NCBI GenBank assembly: GCA_965221775.1
Contig: CBDCSU010000006.1
Span: forward strand, 1,568,001-1,632,000
From: Candidatus Latescibacterota bacterium
GTDB lineage: Bacteria > Latescibacterota > UBA2968 > UBA8231
Direction of reading: 5' to 3'
DNA: 64,000 bases
In this document: positions 39,395 through 47,851 of the stretch, piece after piece
How the letters are laid out: every line of letters starts with the position of its first letter
Numbering within the stretch: the stretch's first letter is position 1
Notes under the pieces: generated by a model
What the model saw: only the letters and a program-made list of their open reading frames with translations
Database searches by the model: none
Told to the model about the DNA's origin: nothing
Position numbers and translations under genes: made by a program

Positions 39395-40768
39395 ATGGAG
39401 CTGACGCTCTACGACTCCTACTCGCGAAGCGAACGCGTCTTCGAGCCCCTCGGGTCGCCCGTCGGACTGTATGCCTGCGGGCCGACAGTCTACGACTACG
39501 CCCACATCGGCAACCTGAGGACCTACGTCTTCGAGGACGTGCTGCGGCGGGTGCTGGAGCACAACGGCTACGAGGTTCACCATGTAGTGAACATCACCGA
39601 CGTGGGTCACCTGACGTCGGACGCGGACACGGGCGAGGACAAGATGGAGCGGGGAGCGCGGCGCACCGGCAAGAGCGCCTGGTGGGTGGCGGACTTCTAC
39701 ACCCGGGCCTTCGAGGAAGACCTGCGCCGGCTCAACGTCCTCGAGCCGACGGTGTGGTGCAAGGCCACGGCCTACATCGACGAGCAGATCGACGTCATCC
39801 GCTCGCTGGAGGAGCGCGGCTTCATCTACAAGACCTCCGACGGGATCTACTTCGACACCTCCCGGCAGCCGGACTACGGCCGGCTGGCGCGGTTGGATGC
39901 GAAGGGGCTGCAGGCCGGCGCCCGCGTCGAGCTGGGCGAGAAGCGTCTGGCCACGGACTTCGCCTTGTGGAAGCTGAGCCCGGCCGACAGCAGGCGGCAG
40001 ATGGAGTGGGACAGCCCCTGGGGGCGGGGGTTCCCGGGGTGGCACACGGAGTGCGTGGCCATGTCGCAGTCCCATCTGGGCCCGCAGTTCGACATCCACT
40101 GCGGCGGCGAAGACCATCTCGCCATTCACCATGTGAACGAGATCGCCCAGGCCGAGGCCTGCTACGGGACCCGGCTCGCCCGGTTCTGGATGCACGGCCG
40201 GTTCCTGGTCCTCGACGACGAGCGCATGTCCAAGTCGAGCGGGTCCTTCCTGACTCTCGACAGCCTGGTCGAGGCGGGATACGACCCGCTGGCCTACCGG
40301 ATGTTCCTGCTCGGGGCGCACTACCGGCGGCCCCTCAGCTTCAACTGGGAAGCCCTTGACGCGGCGACGGCGGCCCTGGAACGGCTGCGCCGCACCGCCC
40401 ACGCCTGGGGTCCCGCCGGCGAGCCGGACCCGGCCTCCCTCGAGGCGTTCACGCGCTGCCTCAACAGCGACCTCAACATGCCCCGGGCCCTGGCCGTGGT
40501 CTGGGACCTGGTGCGGTCGGAGCTTCCCGACCAGGTGAAGAAGGGGACGCTGCTGGCCTTCGACAGCGTCCTCGGCCTCGGTCTGGCCGACTGGGAACCG
40601 CCCCAGGAGGAGATTCCGCCCGAGGTCGAGGAGATGGTGCGGCGGCGGACCGAGGCCCGGGGGCAGCGGGACTTCGAGACTGCAGACGCCCTCAGGGCGC
40701 AGATCCTCGAGGCCGGGTTCGACGTGGACGACCTGCCGGACGGCCCGAGGGTGAAGAGGCGCTCCTAG
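39395..40768 (+). CDS. cysS: Cysteine--tRNA ligase
   Basis: YACGPTVYDYAHIGN, NITDVGH, DFALWK, PGWHTEC, DIHCGG.D, RMSKS. Confidence 0.96.
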   Translation: MELTLYDSYSRSERVFEPLGSPVGLYACGPTVYDYAHIGNLRTYVFEDVLRRVLEHNGYEVHHVVNITDVGHLTSDADTGEDKMERGARRTGKSAWWVADFYTRAFEEDLRRLNVLEPTVWCKATAYIDEQIDVIRSLEERGFIYKTSDGIYFDTSRQPDYGRLARLDAKGLQAGARVELGEKRLATDFALWKLSPADSRRQMEWDSPWGRGFPGWHTECVAMSQSHLGPQFDIHCGGEDHLAIHHVNEIAQAEACYGTRLARFWMHGRFLVLDDERMSKSSGSFLTLDSLVEAGYDPLAYRMFLLGAHYRRPLSFNWEALDAATAALERLRRTAHAWGPAGEPDPASLEAFTRCLNSDLNMPRALAVVWDLVRSELPDQVKKGTLLAFDSVLGLGLADWEPPQEEIPPEVEEMVRRRTEARGQRDFETADALRAQILEAGFDVDDLPDGPRVKRRS

Positions 40769-40975
40769 GCAGGGGCGGCGCCGGCGGCTCCGGCCGCGCC
40801 TCGACGGCGCGTACGCCGGGCCTGATTGGTGGGGCTATCGACGGGGGTGGTTCGTGGGGTTGGCGAGCCCCTCGCTGCGCTCGGGTCTCTGGGTCCTCTT
40901 GGATGCGGGTGGTTGTTGACCCGGCCGGCGTAATGCGCCGCTCGGCTCGGCCTGCGCCGCCGTCGCCGCCCTGGG
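40769..40975 (+). repeat. Dispersed hairpin repeat copy H (module 1 only)
   Basis: Starts right after the cysS stop; arms GGGCGGCG/CGCCGCCC. Confidence 0.95.
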
Positions 40976-41044
40976 CTCCCCGTGCCGGATGAACTTTTCC
41001 CCGCTGACGTCCGCCTTGCAGTGTGGAAGGGTGGACGACGCATC

Positions 41045-42445
41045 ATGACTGGCCCAGGCGACCATGTGTTGGCAGAGCAGGTTCGGCAGGGCTGCGAGGA
41101 CGCCTTCGTACGGCTGGTCCGGCGCTACGAACGGACGCTGGCGCGGCTGATCCGCGACCGGGTCGGTGGCGGCGACCAGGTTGAGGATGTCCTGCAGGAA
41201 ACCCTGGTGCACCTCTGGAGCGGCTTGCGCCGGGACACGCCGCGCGATGTGCGGCCCTGGCTGCTGCAGGTGGCCCGCAACCGCTGCCGCGACTACTTCC
41301 GTTCCACCCAGCGTCGCGAGCTGTTCGTCGAGACGGAGGTCTTGGCGCCCATGGTCAACCGCCTCGGCGTGGCCCAGGCCCGGCAGCGGGAAGCCGCCGC
41401 GGCCGTGGTCGAGGCCATGGAGGAGGTCCCCTACCGTGAGCGGGCTGCCCTGCGAGCCTTCTATCTGGACGGTCTGAGCATTGCCGAAATCGCCGCCCGC
41501 CACCGCTGCCCCGACGGCACGGTCAAGCGCCGACTGTCCCACGGGCGCGACCACGTCCGCAGGGTGCTGGGCGTCACCGCCAAGATGAGGAGCAAGACCA
41601 TGGGCGCTGGACAACAACGGCCCTTTCCCCGGTTCCGGCCCGAAATACGCATTGCCTCGAGCCAGGAGGACCCCTTCCGCATTGACTTGAAGGAGATGGC
41701 CTGGTGGTTCATCGTGCCCGAGGTGGGCGACCGCGTTCGCCACGGCTCATACGGGCCTTCCAGAGACGGCGAGGCGCCTTGGAGGCTGTCCCAGACCGTC
41801 TCCCTTGCGGCCAGCCGCCCCGCGGTCATCCACGGCCGTCCCTGCGTTGAGGTGGAGGTGGAGGAGCACCATCTCGCGGCGATGGCGGGGGACCACACGC
41901 CCACCGAAAAAAAGGACCGCATCGTGAAGGTCTGGGGCCGCCTTGCCGATGACTCGGTGGAGTGGATGGCGGTGGAGTCGTTGGGCGCGGACGGCACTCG
42001 GGAACTGATGACCTTTCTCGACGAGGGGTTCCACGACGACTGGGACCCTTCGCCGCGCCTGATCGAGGATCGCGGCTGCCTTCGCCCCCAGGCCGACGGC
42101 TCCCTCACCGTTCAGGCCGCCATCCCCCAGATAACCGGAGCCGGGGTGTTCGAGGTGCGCATCGGCGAGCGGTGCTTCACCTGCATGCGCGTCTTCGACC
42201 TGGAGAAAGAGACCAGCGAACGCGACGTCCTGGTCGAAGCTTATGTCACACGCACCGGACGCACGGTGCTGTTCCGACGCTACAACGGCAACCGATGGGG
42301 CAAGAGAGACGCCCCTCCGCACGGTTGGGGCGAGGAGATGACCTGGGAAGAGGACCTTCCCCACAACCACCGCATGGTCATCGGCGGAATGACCTTCGTG
42401 CACTACTACGACAGCCTGACGGACACGGCCTGCGTTACGGAGTGA
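41045..42445 (+). CDS. ECF sigma-70 factor with long C-terminal extension
   Basis: AF..LVRRY, EDVLQET, WLLQVARNRCRDYFR, GLSIAEIA....GTVKRRL; roughly 280 extra residues. Confidence 0.85.
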   Translation: MTGPGDHVLAEQVRQGCEDAFVRLVRRYERTLARLIRDRVGGGDQVEDVLQETLVHLWSGLRRDTPRDVRPWLLQVARNRCRDYFRSTQRRELFVETEVLAPMVNRLGVAQARQREAAAAVVEAMEEVPYRERAALRAFYLDGLSIAEIAARHRCPDGTVKRRLSHGRDHVRRVLGVTAKMRSKTMGAGQQRPFPRFRPEIRIASSQEDPFRIDLKEMAWWFIVPEVGDRVRHGSYGPSRDGEAPWRLSQTVSLAASRPAVIHGRPCVEVEVEEHHLAAMAGDHTPTEKKDRIVKVWGRLADDSVEWMAVESLGADGTRELMTFLDEGFHDDWDPSPRLIEDRGCLRPQADGSLTVQAAIPQITGAGVFEVRIGERCFTCMRVFDLEKETSERDVLVEAYVTRTGRTVLFRRYNGNRWGKRDAPPHGWGEEMTWEEDLPHNHRMVIGGMTFVHYYDSLTDTACVTE

Positions 42446-42489
42446 CGGCCGCGGCCGATCCTTGAATCACCCATAGCGCATGGGTCGAC

Positions 42490-42519
42490 GGGCCTGGCGA
42501 GCCCCTCACTTCACTCGGG
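42490..42519 (+). repeat. Short core fragment of the dispersed repeat (copy I)
   Basis: gggcctggcgagcccctcacttcactcggg versus consensus ggggctggcgagcccctcgcttcgctcggg; overlaps the cupin stop codon. Confidence 0.65.
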
Positions 42520-42849
42520 ACGCCACGCCGGGTGGGTGACATGCAGCAGAAAGGCCCGTTCCGGCACGGTGATGATCGTCTGCGTCCCCTTCTCGATGAA
42601 GCCCAGGTCCCCCGCCTCGTATCGCACCGGATCCTGGCCCTCGACCTGGACCTCCAGGTGCCCCTCCAGCATGTAGAAGACCTCGTCGTAGTCGAAGTTC
42701 CACGTCAGCCGGCTGGGCTCGACATACTCGGTGAAACCGGCCGACAGCCTGTCGCCGGCGCTTCTGATGGGATCGGAAACCCGCACGGTGGCGCCGGGCG
42801 CATCATAGGCGGCCAGGCCCCTCTGATCCTTCTGCACTCTCCAGATCAC
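42511..42849 (-). CDS. EutQ-like cupin protein
   Basis: LSAGF, WNFDYDEVFYMLEG.L, AGDLGFIEKG, VTHPAW. Confidence 0.82.
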   Translation of the reverse strand: MIWRVQKDQRGLAAYDAPGATVRVSDPIRSAGDRLSAGFTEYVEPSRLTWNFDYDEVFYMLEGHLEVQVEGQDPVRYEAGDLGFIEKGTQTIITVPERAFLLHVTHPAWRPE

Positions 42850-42862
42850 GACGCAACTCCTT

Positions 42863-43741
42863 TCAGATGTATCCCGCCGAGGTGAGAATGTCGATCTCGT
42901 CGCTCAGCCGTTCGAGGACGTGATCGGGGTAGATGGACATGCGCTGGAAGGGAAGGTTGTCCCGCCCGATGGCCGGCATGTAGTTGAAGAACACCGAGCG
43001 CCGGATCGAATCGTTGGTGACGGGAAAGGCGTTGTGGGTCATCCCCTCCGAGAAGATGACGACGTCCCCGGGCCCGGCCAGCACCGGCACCGCCATCGGG
43101 TTCCTGCTCGCGTCGGTCATGTCGAAGGGACAGGGGAAGTTCGCCTTGTGGCTCCCCGGGATCGCGGCGAAGGGGCCGTTCTCCACGCGGGTCATGTCGG
43201 AGAGGATCACCACGCTCTTGGTGCTCTTGCAGGCGAACCGCCCCTGCGTGTGGTCGTAGTCGTAGTAGATGTCGCGGTCCAGCGGAAAGCCGCCGTTGTG
43301 GAGCCCGCCCCCGGCAACAGGTCCCACCTTCTCGATAAAGTAGGTCGCCGAGATGTAGACCGGGCCGCCGGCGAGCTCGCGGTGGATCGACTTCATCACC
43401 GGATCGCGCACGATGCGGTCGAACCTCCCGGTGCCGCACAGGGCGTGGTCGACCCGCCCGATGCCGCCGGTCCCGGGGTTGGGGCGCCGGTCGGGGCGGT
43501 GATCCCCCTTCCAGAAGGGGTGTTCCGGGTCGGACATCGCCGCGGCCAGAAAATAGCTGGCGACCCCGAGCCGGGTGTAGGTCTCGTAGTCGACGGGGAT
43601 CGCCTGAAGCTCGTCGATGCCGGCGTGGAACTCCGCCACCGCCGCCTCGTCGTAGTGGCCCTTCAGAACGATGTACCCCCGCAGGTCGAACTCGTACTTC
43701 TGCTCCGGGGTCAGGGCGAGGGCGGAATCAGTGGAGGTCAT
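42863..43741 (-). CDS. PhyH family dioxygenase
   Basis: LTPEQKYEFDLRGY, LHNG, IPGSHKAN, PGDVVIFSEGMTH, RRSVF; AGGAG RBS. Confidence 0.87.
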   Translation of the reverse strand: MTSTDSALALTPEQKYEFDLRGYIVLKGHYDEAAVAEFHAGIDELQAIPVDYETYTRLGVASYFLAAAMSDPEHPFWKGDHRPDRRPNPGTGGIGRVDHALCGTGRFDRIVRDPVMKSIHRELAGGPVYISATYFIEKVGPVAGGGLHNGGFPLDRDIYYDYDHTQGRFACKSTKSVVILSDMTRVENGPFAAIPGSHKANFPCPFDMTDASRNPMAVPVLAGPGDVVIFSEGMTHNAFPVTNDSIRRSVFFNYMPAIGRDNLPFQRMSIYPDHVLERLSDEIDILTSAGYI

Positions 43742-43772
43742 GTTTCGGGTGCTCCTTTCTCGGCTCCTCGAG

Positions 43773-43901
43773 TCACTCATGCCGCAGCGCGTCGACGGGG
43801 CTCGACCACGCCGCCCGCAGGGTCTGCGAGCAGGTCGTGAGCACCGCCAGGACGAGGACGGCGGCGGTGGCGGCGGTGAAGACCCCCGGCCCGGGCGCGG
43901 C
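43773..43901 (-). pseudogene. 3' remnant of a MacB/FtsX-type ABC transporter permease
   Basis: GPGVFTAATAAVLVLAVLTTCSQTLRAAWSSPVDALRHE*; no start, cut off at the phd promoter. Confidence 0.7.
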
Positions 43902-43903
43902 AA

Positions 43904-43932
43904 TTGACCTGGTTACTTGACCAAGTTAGTCT
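43904..43932 (+). promoter_or_regulatory. Candidate sigma70 promoter/operator of the phd-vapC pair
   Basis: TTGACC, 17 bp, TAGTCT; imperfect palindrome TGGTTA-CT-TGACCA in the spacer. Confidence 0.5.
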
Positions 43933-43978
43933 ATCGCCAGACTGGAAACACCCCATTCCGGTGGAAGGTGAGCGGACC

Positions 43979-44212
43979 ATGAAAACCATGGGCATCTCGG
44001 AGTTCAAGGCGAAGTGCATAGAAGAGTTGAAGACCGTTCACGCTACGGGGGAATCCCTGGTCGTCACCTTGCGGAAGCGTCCCATCGCGACGGTCGATCC
44101 CTACCGGGAGACTCCACGCAAGCGGGAGCTGGGGACCCTGCGCGGGCGCATGACCATTCACGGCGACATCGTGGACTGTGATTTCGCGGACCACTGGGAG
44201 TGGGAAGGTTGA
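43979..44212 (+). CDS. Phd/YefM family antitoxin
   Basis: MKTMGISEFKAKC...V..TGE.LVVT.R.RPIA.V.P, GTLRG...I.GDIV. Confidence 0.88.
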   Translation: MKTMGISEFKAKCIEELKTVHATGESLVVTLRKRPIATVDPYRETPRKRELGTLRGRMTIHGDIVDCDFADHWEWEG

Positions 44213-44610
44213 ACTTCCTGATCGATACCCACGTGTGGATCTGGACCCAGGAGTCTCCGGAAACCCTGGGTCCCCATGCGCGCAGGGCCCTCGCCGCGGA
44301 AGAGAACCGCCTCTTCGTATCCCCGGTGTCGTCACTGGAGCTGGCGCAGCTCGCACGGGCAGGGCGCCTGACCCTGGCGGGCCGGCTGCAGACGTGGGTC
44401 TCGGAGTCGATGCAGGCGTTGCTTGCGGAGACGATCTCCCTCGACCACGAGACAGCGGTTGCGGCGTACGACCTGCCCGGAGAGTTCCATCGGGACCCCG
44501 CCGACCGCATCCTGGTCGCCACGGCGAGAGTCCACGACCTCACCGTGGTGACCGCGGACAGCCGCATCCTCACCTATCCTCATGTGATGGCGCTCGACGC
44601 GCGCGACTGA
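44209..44610 (+). CDS. vapC: VapC (PIN domain) toxin
   Basis: FLIDTHVWIW, VSPVSSLE, FHRDPADRILVATA, VTADSRI. Confidence 0.9.
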   Translation: MNFLIDTHVWIWTQESPETLGPHARRALAAEENRLFVSPVSSLELAQLARAGRLTLAGRLQTWVSESMQALLAETISLDHETAVAAYDLPGEFHRDPADRILVATARVHDLTVVTADSRILTYPHVMALDARD

Positions 44611-44654
44611 TTCCTCGAGCCGCTGGCGCGCCGATCTCTGGGTGACAACCGCCC

Positions 44655-44683
44655 TTGACGTGGGTGATTATCACCCATATCGT
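44655..44683 (+). promoter_or_regulatory. Candidate leaderless sigma70 promoter with palindromic operator filling the spacer
   Basis: TTGACG, TGGGTGAT-T-ATCACCCA (17 bp), TATCGT, 6 bp, ATG at 44690. Confidence 0.6.
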
Positions 44684-44689
44684 GGGTCC

Positions 44690-45919
44690 ATGGACACGGA
44701 TCACCTGCTGCCCCGTTTTGCCTCCGAGAGCCTGGAGCAGGCGCTGAGAGTCATGCCCGTGGCTGTTCTCACCGGCGCCCGACAGACCGGCAAGAGCACC
44801 CTCGCCCGCATGGATCCCATCGGGGCGGACAGATCCTACTTCACCCTGGACGACTTCGGCGTCCTCGAGCAGGCTCAACGCGAGCCCGACGCCCTTGCCG
44901 CACGGGCCGTGCGGATCACGCTCGACGAGGTGCAGCGGGTGCCGCACGTGCTGCTCGCCATCAAACGCCTCGTCGACGCGGACCGGGTCGCCGGCCGCTT
45001 CCTCCTGACCGGGTCGGCGAACCTGCTGCTGATGAGGGAGGTGGGCGAGACCCTGGCCGGCCGGGCCAGCTACCTGACGCTCTGGCCCATGACCCGCCGC
45101 GAGCAGGGCGGGTCGGCCCGGCCAGGGATGTGGACGGAGCTCCTGGATGCGGCTCCCGGCGCATGGCGGGATCTCCTGCTCGAGGAACCGGCGGAACCGG
45201 AGCCGTGGGCGGCCCTGGCCCGGCGCGGAGGCTACCCCGTGCCCGCCCTTGAGCTGACGGACGATGACGACCGGCGGCTGTGGTTCGAAGGCTACGCGGC
45301 CACCTACCTGGAGCGGGACATCCCGCGTCTGTCCGCCATCGAGGGCATCACCGACCTGCGCAGGTTGATGGCGGCCTCCTGCCTGCGCATCGGCGGGCTC
45401 TTGAACCAGGCGGACCTGGCCCGGGACGTGAGCCTGGCCCCGTCCACGGTGCAGCGGTATCTCGACTTGCTGGAGGTCTCGTTCCAACTGGTGCGGCTGC
45501 CCGCCTACTCCGTGAACAGGACGAAGCGGCTGGTCAAGTCACCCAAACTCTACTGGAGCGACACCGGCCTGGCCCTGCACCTGGCGGGCGACGCCCAGCC
45601 CCGCGGCGCCCACCTGGAGAACCTGGTGGTCTGCGACCTGCTCGCCTGGGCGGGGGCCCGCTTCGACAGGCCGGAGATCCTCTTCTGGCGGACCACCAAG
45701 GGAGCCGAGGTCGACTTCGTCATCGAGACCGGCCGGCGCCTGCTGCCGGTGGAGGTGAAAGCCGCGGCCACCGTCCACCCCGGGGACGTGCGGCATGTTC
45801 ACACCTTCCTGGAGGAGTACTCCGACATGGCGCAGTGCGGGATCCTTCTCTACGACGGCGACGAGACATTCTGGCTCACCGACCGCGTGCTGGCCGCCCC
45901 GTGGTGGCGGGTGCTCTGA
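44690..45919 (+). CDS. AAA_14 ATPase + DUF4143 (PD-(D/E)XK-like) protein
   Basis: GARQTGKST, LDEVQRVP, FLLTGSA, LAGR, GGYP, KSPKLY..DTG, EVDFV, PVEVK. Confidence 0.9.
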   Translation: MDTDHLLPRFASESLEQALRVMPVAVLTGARQTGKSTLARMDPIGADRSYFTLDDFGVLEQAQREPDALAARAVRITLDEVQRVPHVLLAIKRLVDADRVAGRFLLTGSANLLLMREVGETLAGRASYLTLWPMTRREQGGSARPGMWTELLDAAPGAWRDLLLEEPAEPEPWAALARRGGYPVPALELTDDDDRRLWFEGYAATYLERDIPRLSAIEGITDLRRLMAASCLRIGGLLNQADLARDVSLAPSTVQRYLDLLEVSFQLVRLPAYSVNRTKRLVKSPKLYWSDTGLALHLAGDAQPRGAHLENLVVCDLLAWAGARFDRPEILFWRTTKGAEVDFVIETGRRLLPVEVKAAATVHPGDVRHVHTFLEEYSDMAQCGILLYDGDETFWLTDRVLAAPWWRVL

Positions 45920-45931
45920 CGACCGCTGCCC

Positions 45932-47851
45932 ATGAAGAGTCGATCCGATCTCGAGTTCTGGAGCCGACGCTCCAGCGCCGGCTCCATCGCCGCCAACCTG
46001 CGCTGGGCCTGGAGCCACATCCGGGCCCATGGGAGGGGGGCGGCCGTCGGTCTGGTCGGCGTCCACCTCCTGCTGGGCCTGCAGCCGGCCCTGCTCATCC
46101 ACGTCACACAGAACCTCGTCGACACCGTGGTCGCCGCCGCCGGGGACGGCCCCCAGGACTTCGGCGACGCCCTCCCCTGGCTGATCGCCTTCGGCCTGAT
46201 CCTGCTGCTCACCAACGAGGTCCTGTGGAACGTGCGGGACACCCTCAATCTGCGGCTGGAGCAGAACCTCTCCGCCGTCATGGGCCGCCTCGTCCTGGCC
46301 AAATCCTCGCGGCTGCCCCTGCTGTTCTTCGAGGCCAGCGGGACCTACGATCTCCTCCAGCGGGCCCGGGACCCGGGGCGCAAGATCGACCGGCTGTTCT
46401 TCTCGGTCCTGCACTTCTCCCAGGCGGCGATCACGGCGGTCTCGGTGGCCGCCATGTTCGCCCCGGTCTCGCCGTGGATCTCCCTGGCCCTGCTGGGGGT
46501 GCTGGTGCCCCAGGTCCGCCTCGAGGTCGGGCAGAGCCGCAAGTTCATGGCCTTCACCTACGGCGCCACCCCGGAGGAGCGCCGGGCCGGGTACGTGGAC
46601 CGCATCCTCACGGGGCGGGCGGAGCAGAAGGAGATGCGCCTCTTCGGCCTGCACGCGCCGCTCACCGAGCGCTGGCGGGGGATGCGCGGGGTGCTGCGCA
46701 GGCGAATCCTGGACCAGCGCCAGCGCTTGGTCGTGGGCGGGCTCCCGCTCGCGGGGCTGCGCGTCGCCGTGGGGGTCGGTGTCGCCGGCGCCCTGGCGTA
46801 CCTGCTCGGCGACCGGGTCCTGACTCCGGGACGCTTCGTCGCCCTCTTCCAGGGGGTCGACGACATGCTGGAGGCCGGCAGCAGTCTCGGGTTCAGCTCC
46901 TGGGACCTGCAGGTCCAGTCGGGCGAGGTCGGTTACGTTCGGGAGTTCCTCGACCTGCCGGAGCAGGGCGGCGCGGGAACCGCGATGGCGGGAGTCGCGC
47001 GGACCGGGGACTCGCCCTTCCCCAGACCGCTGCGCCAGGGGATCCGGGTCGACGACGTCCACTTCACCTACCCGGCGGCAGGGTCCGTCGGGGCGGAACC
47101 CGGCAGGGCTCCCGCCGTGCTTAGGGGTGTCGGCTTCCACCTGGCGCCGGGGGAGCGCGTCGCCCTCGTCGGCGAGAACGGATCCGGCAAGTCGACCCTG
47201 GCCAAAATCCTTCTCGGCCTCTATCCGCCCACGGCCGGACGCGTTCTCGCCGACGGCCTCGACTACGCCGGGATCGACCCCGACAGCCTGGCCGGCGCCG
47301 TGAGCGCCGCCTTCCAGGACTTCTACCGGTTCGAGCTGACCCTCGGGCAGTCGATCGGGATCGCGGCGCTGGCCGCGGTACCGGGCGAGGCCACCGACCT
47401 GTGGCCCTCCTGGCTGCACCCGGACCCGGCGGTGGTCGCCGACGCCGCACGCCGCTCCGGGGCCGAAGATCTGGCCCGGCGGCTGCCCGGCGGGTACGAC
47501 ACCCCCGTCGGCCACACCCTCGACGGCGGCCAGGGCCTCTCCGGCGGCGAGTGGCAGCGCCTCGCCATCGCCCGCGCCTTCACCCGCGATCCCGAGCTGC
47601 TCATCCTCGACGAGCCGGCCGCGGCCCTCGACCCCGTGGCCGAGGCCGAGCTCTACCGGCAGTTCGCAGAGCTCCTCGAGGGGCGCACGGCCCTGCTCAT
47701 CAGCCACCGCCTCGGCTCGGCGCGGATGGCCGACCGCATCCTCGTGCTGCAGGATGGCCGCATCGTCGAGCAGGGCCGGCACGACGAGTTGGTGGAGGCG
47801 CGGGGAGTGTACGCCGCCATGTGGGAGGAACAGGCGTCGTGGTACCGGTAG
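45932..47851 (+). CDS. ABC exporter, fused permease/ATPase
   Basis: TM domain; GENGSGKST, FQD, LSGGEWQR, LDEP, ISHRL. Confidence 0.92.
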   Translation: MKSRSDLEFWSRRSSAGSIAANLRWAWSHIRAHGRGAAVGLVGVHLLLGLQPALLIHVTQNLVDTVVAAAGDGPQDFGDALPWLIAFGLILLLTNEVLWNVRDTLNLRLEQNLSAVMGRLVLAKSSRLPLLFFEASGTYDLLQRARDPGRKIDRLFFSVLHFSQAAITAVSVAAMFAPVSPWISLALLGVLVPQVRLEVGQSRKFMAFTYGATPEERRAGYVDRILTGRAEQKEMRLFGLHAPLTERWRGMRGVLRRRILDQRQRLVVGGLPLAGLRVAVGVGVAGALAYLLGDRVLTPGRFVALFQGVDDMLEAGSSLGFSSWDLQVQSGEVGYVREFLDLPEQGGAGTAMAGVARTGDSPFPRPLRQGIRVDDVHFTYPAAGSVGAEPGRAPAVLRGVGFHLAPGERVALVGENGSGKSTLAKILLGLYPPTAGRVLADGLDYAGIDPDSLAGAVSAAFQDFYRFELTLGQSIGIAALAAVPGEATDLWPSWLHPDPAVVADAARRSGAEDLARRLPGGYDTPVGHTLDGGQGLSGGEWQRLAIARAFTRDPELLILDEPAAALDPVAEAELYRQFAELLEGRTALLISHRLGSARMADRILVLQDGRIVEQGRHDELVEARGVYAAMWEEQASWYR

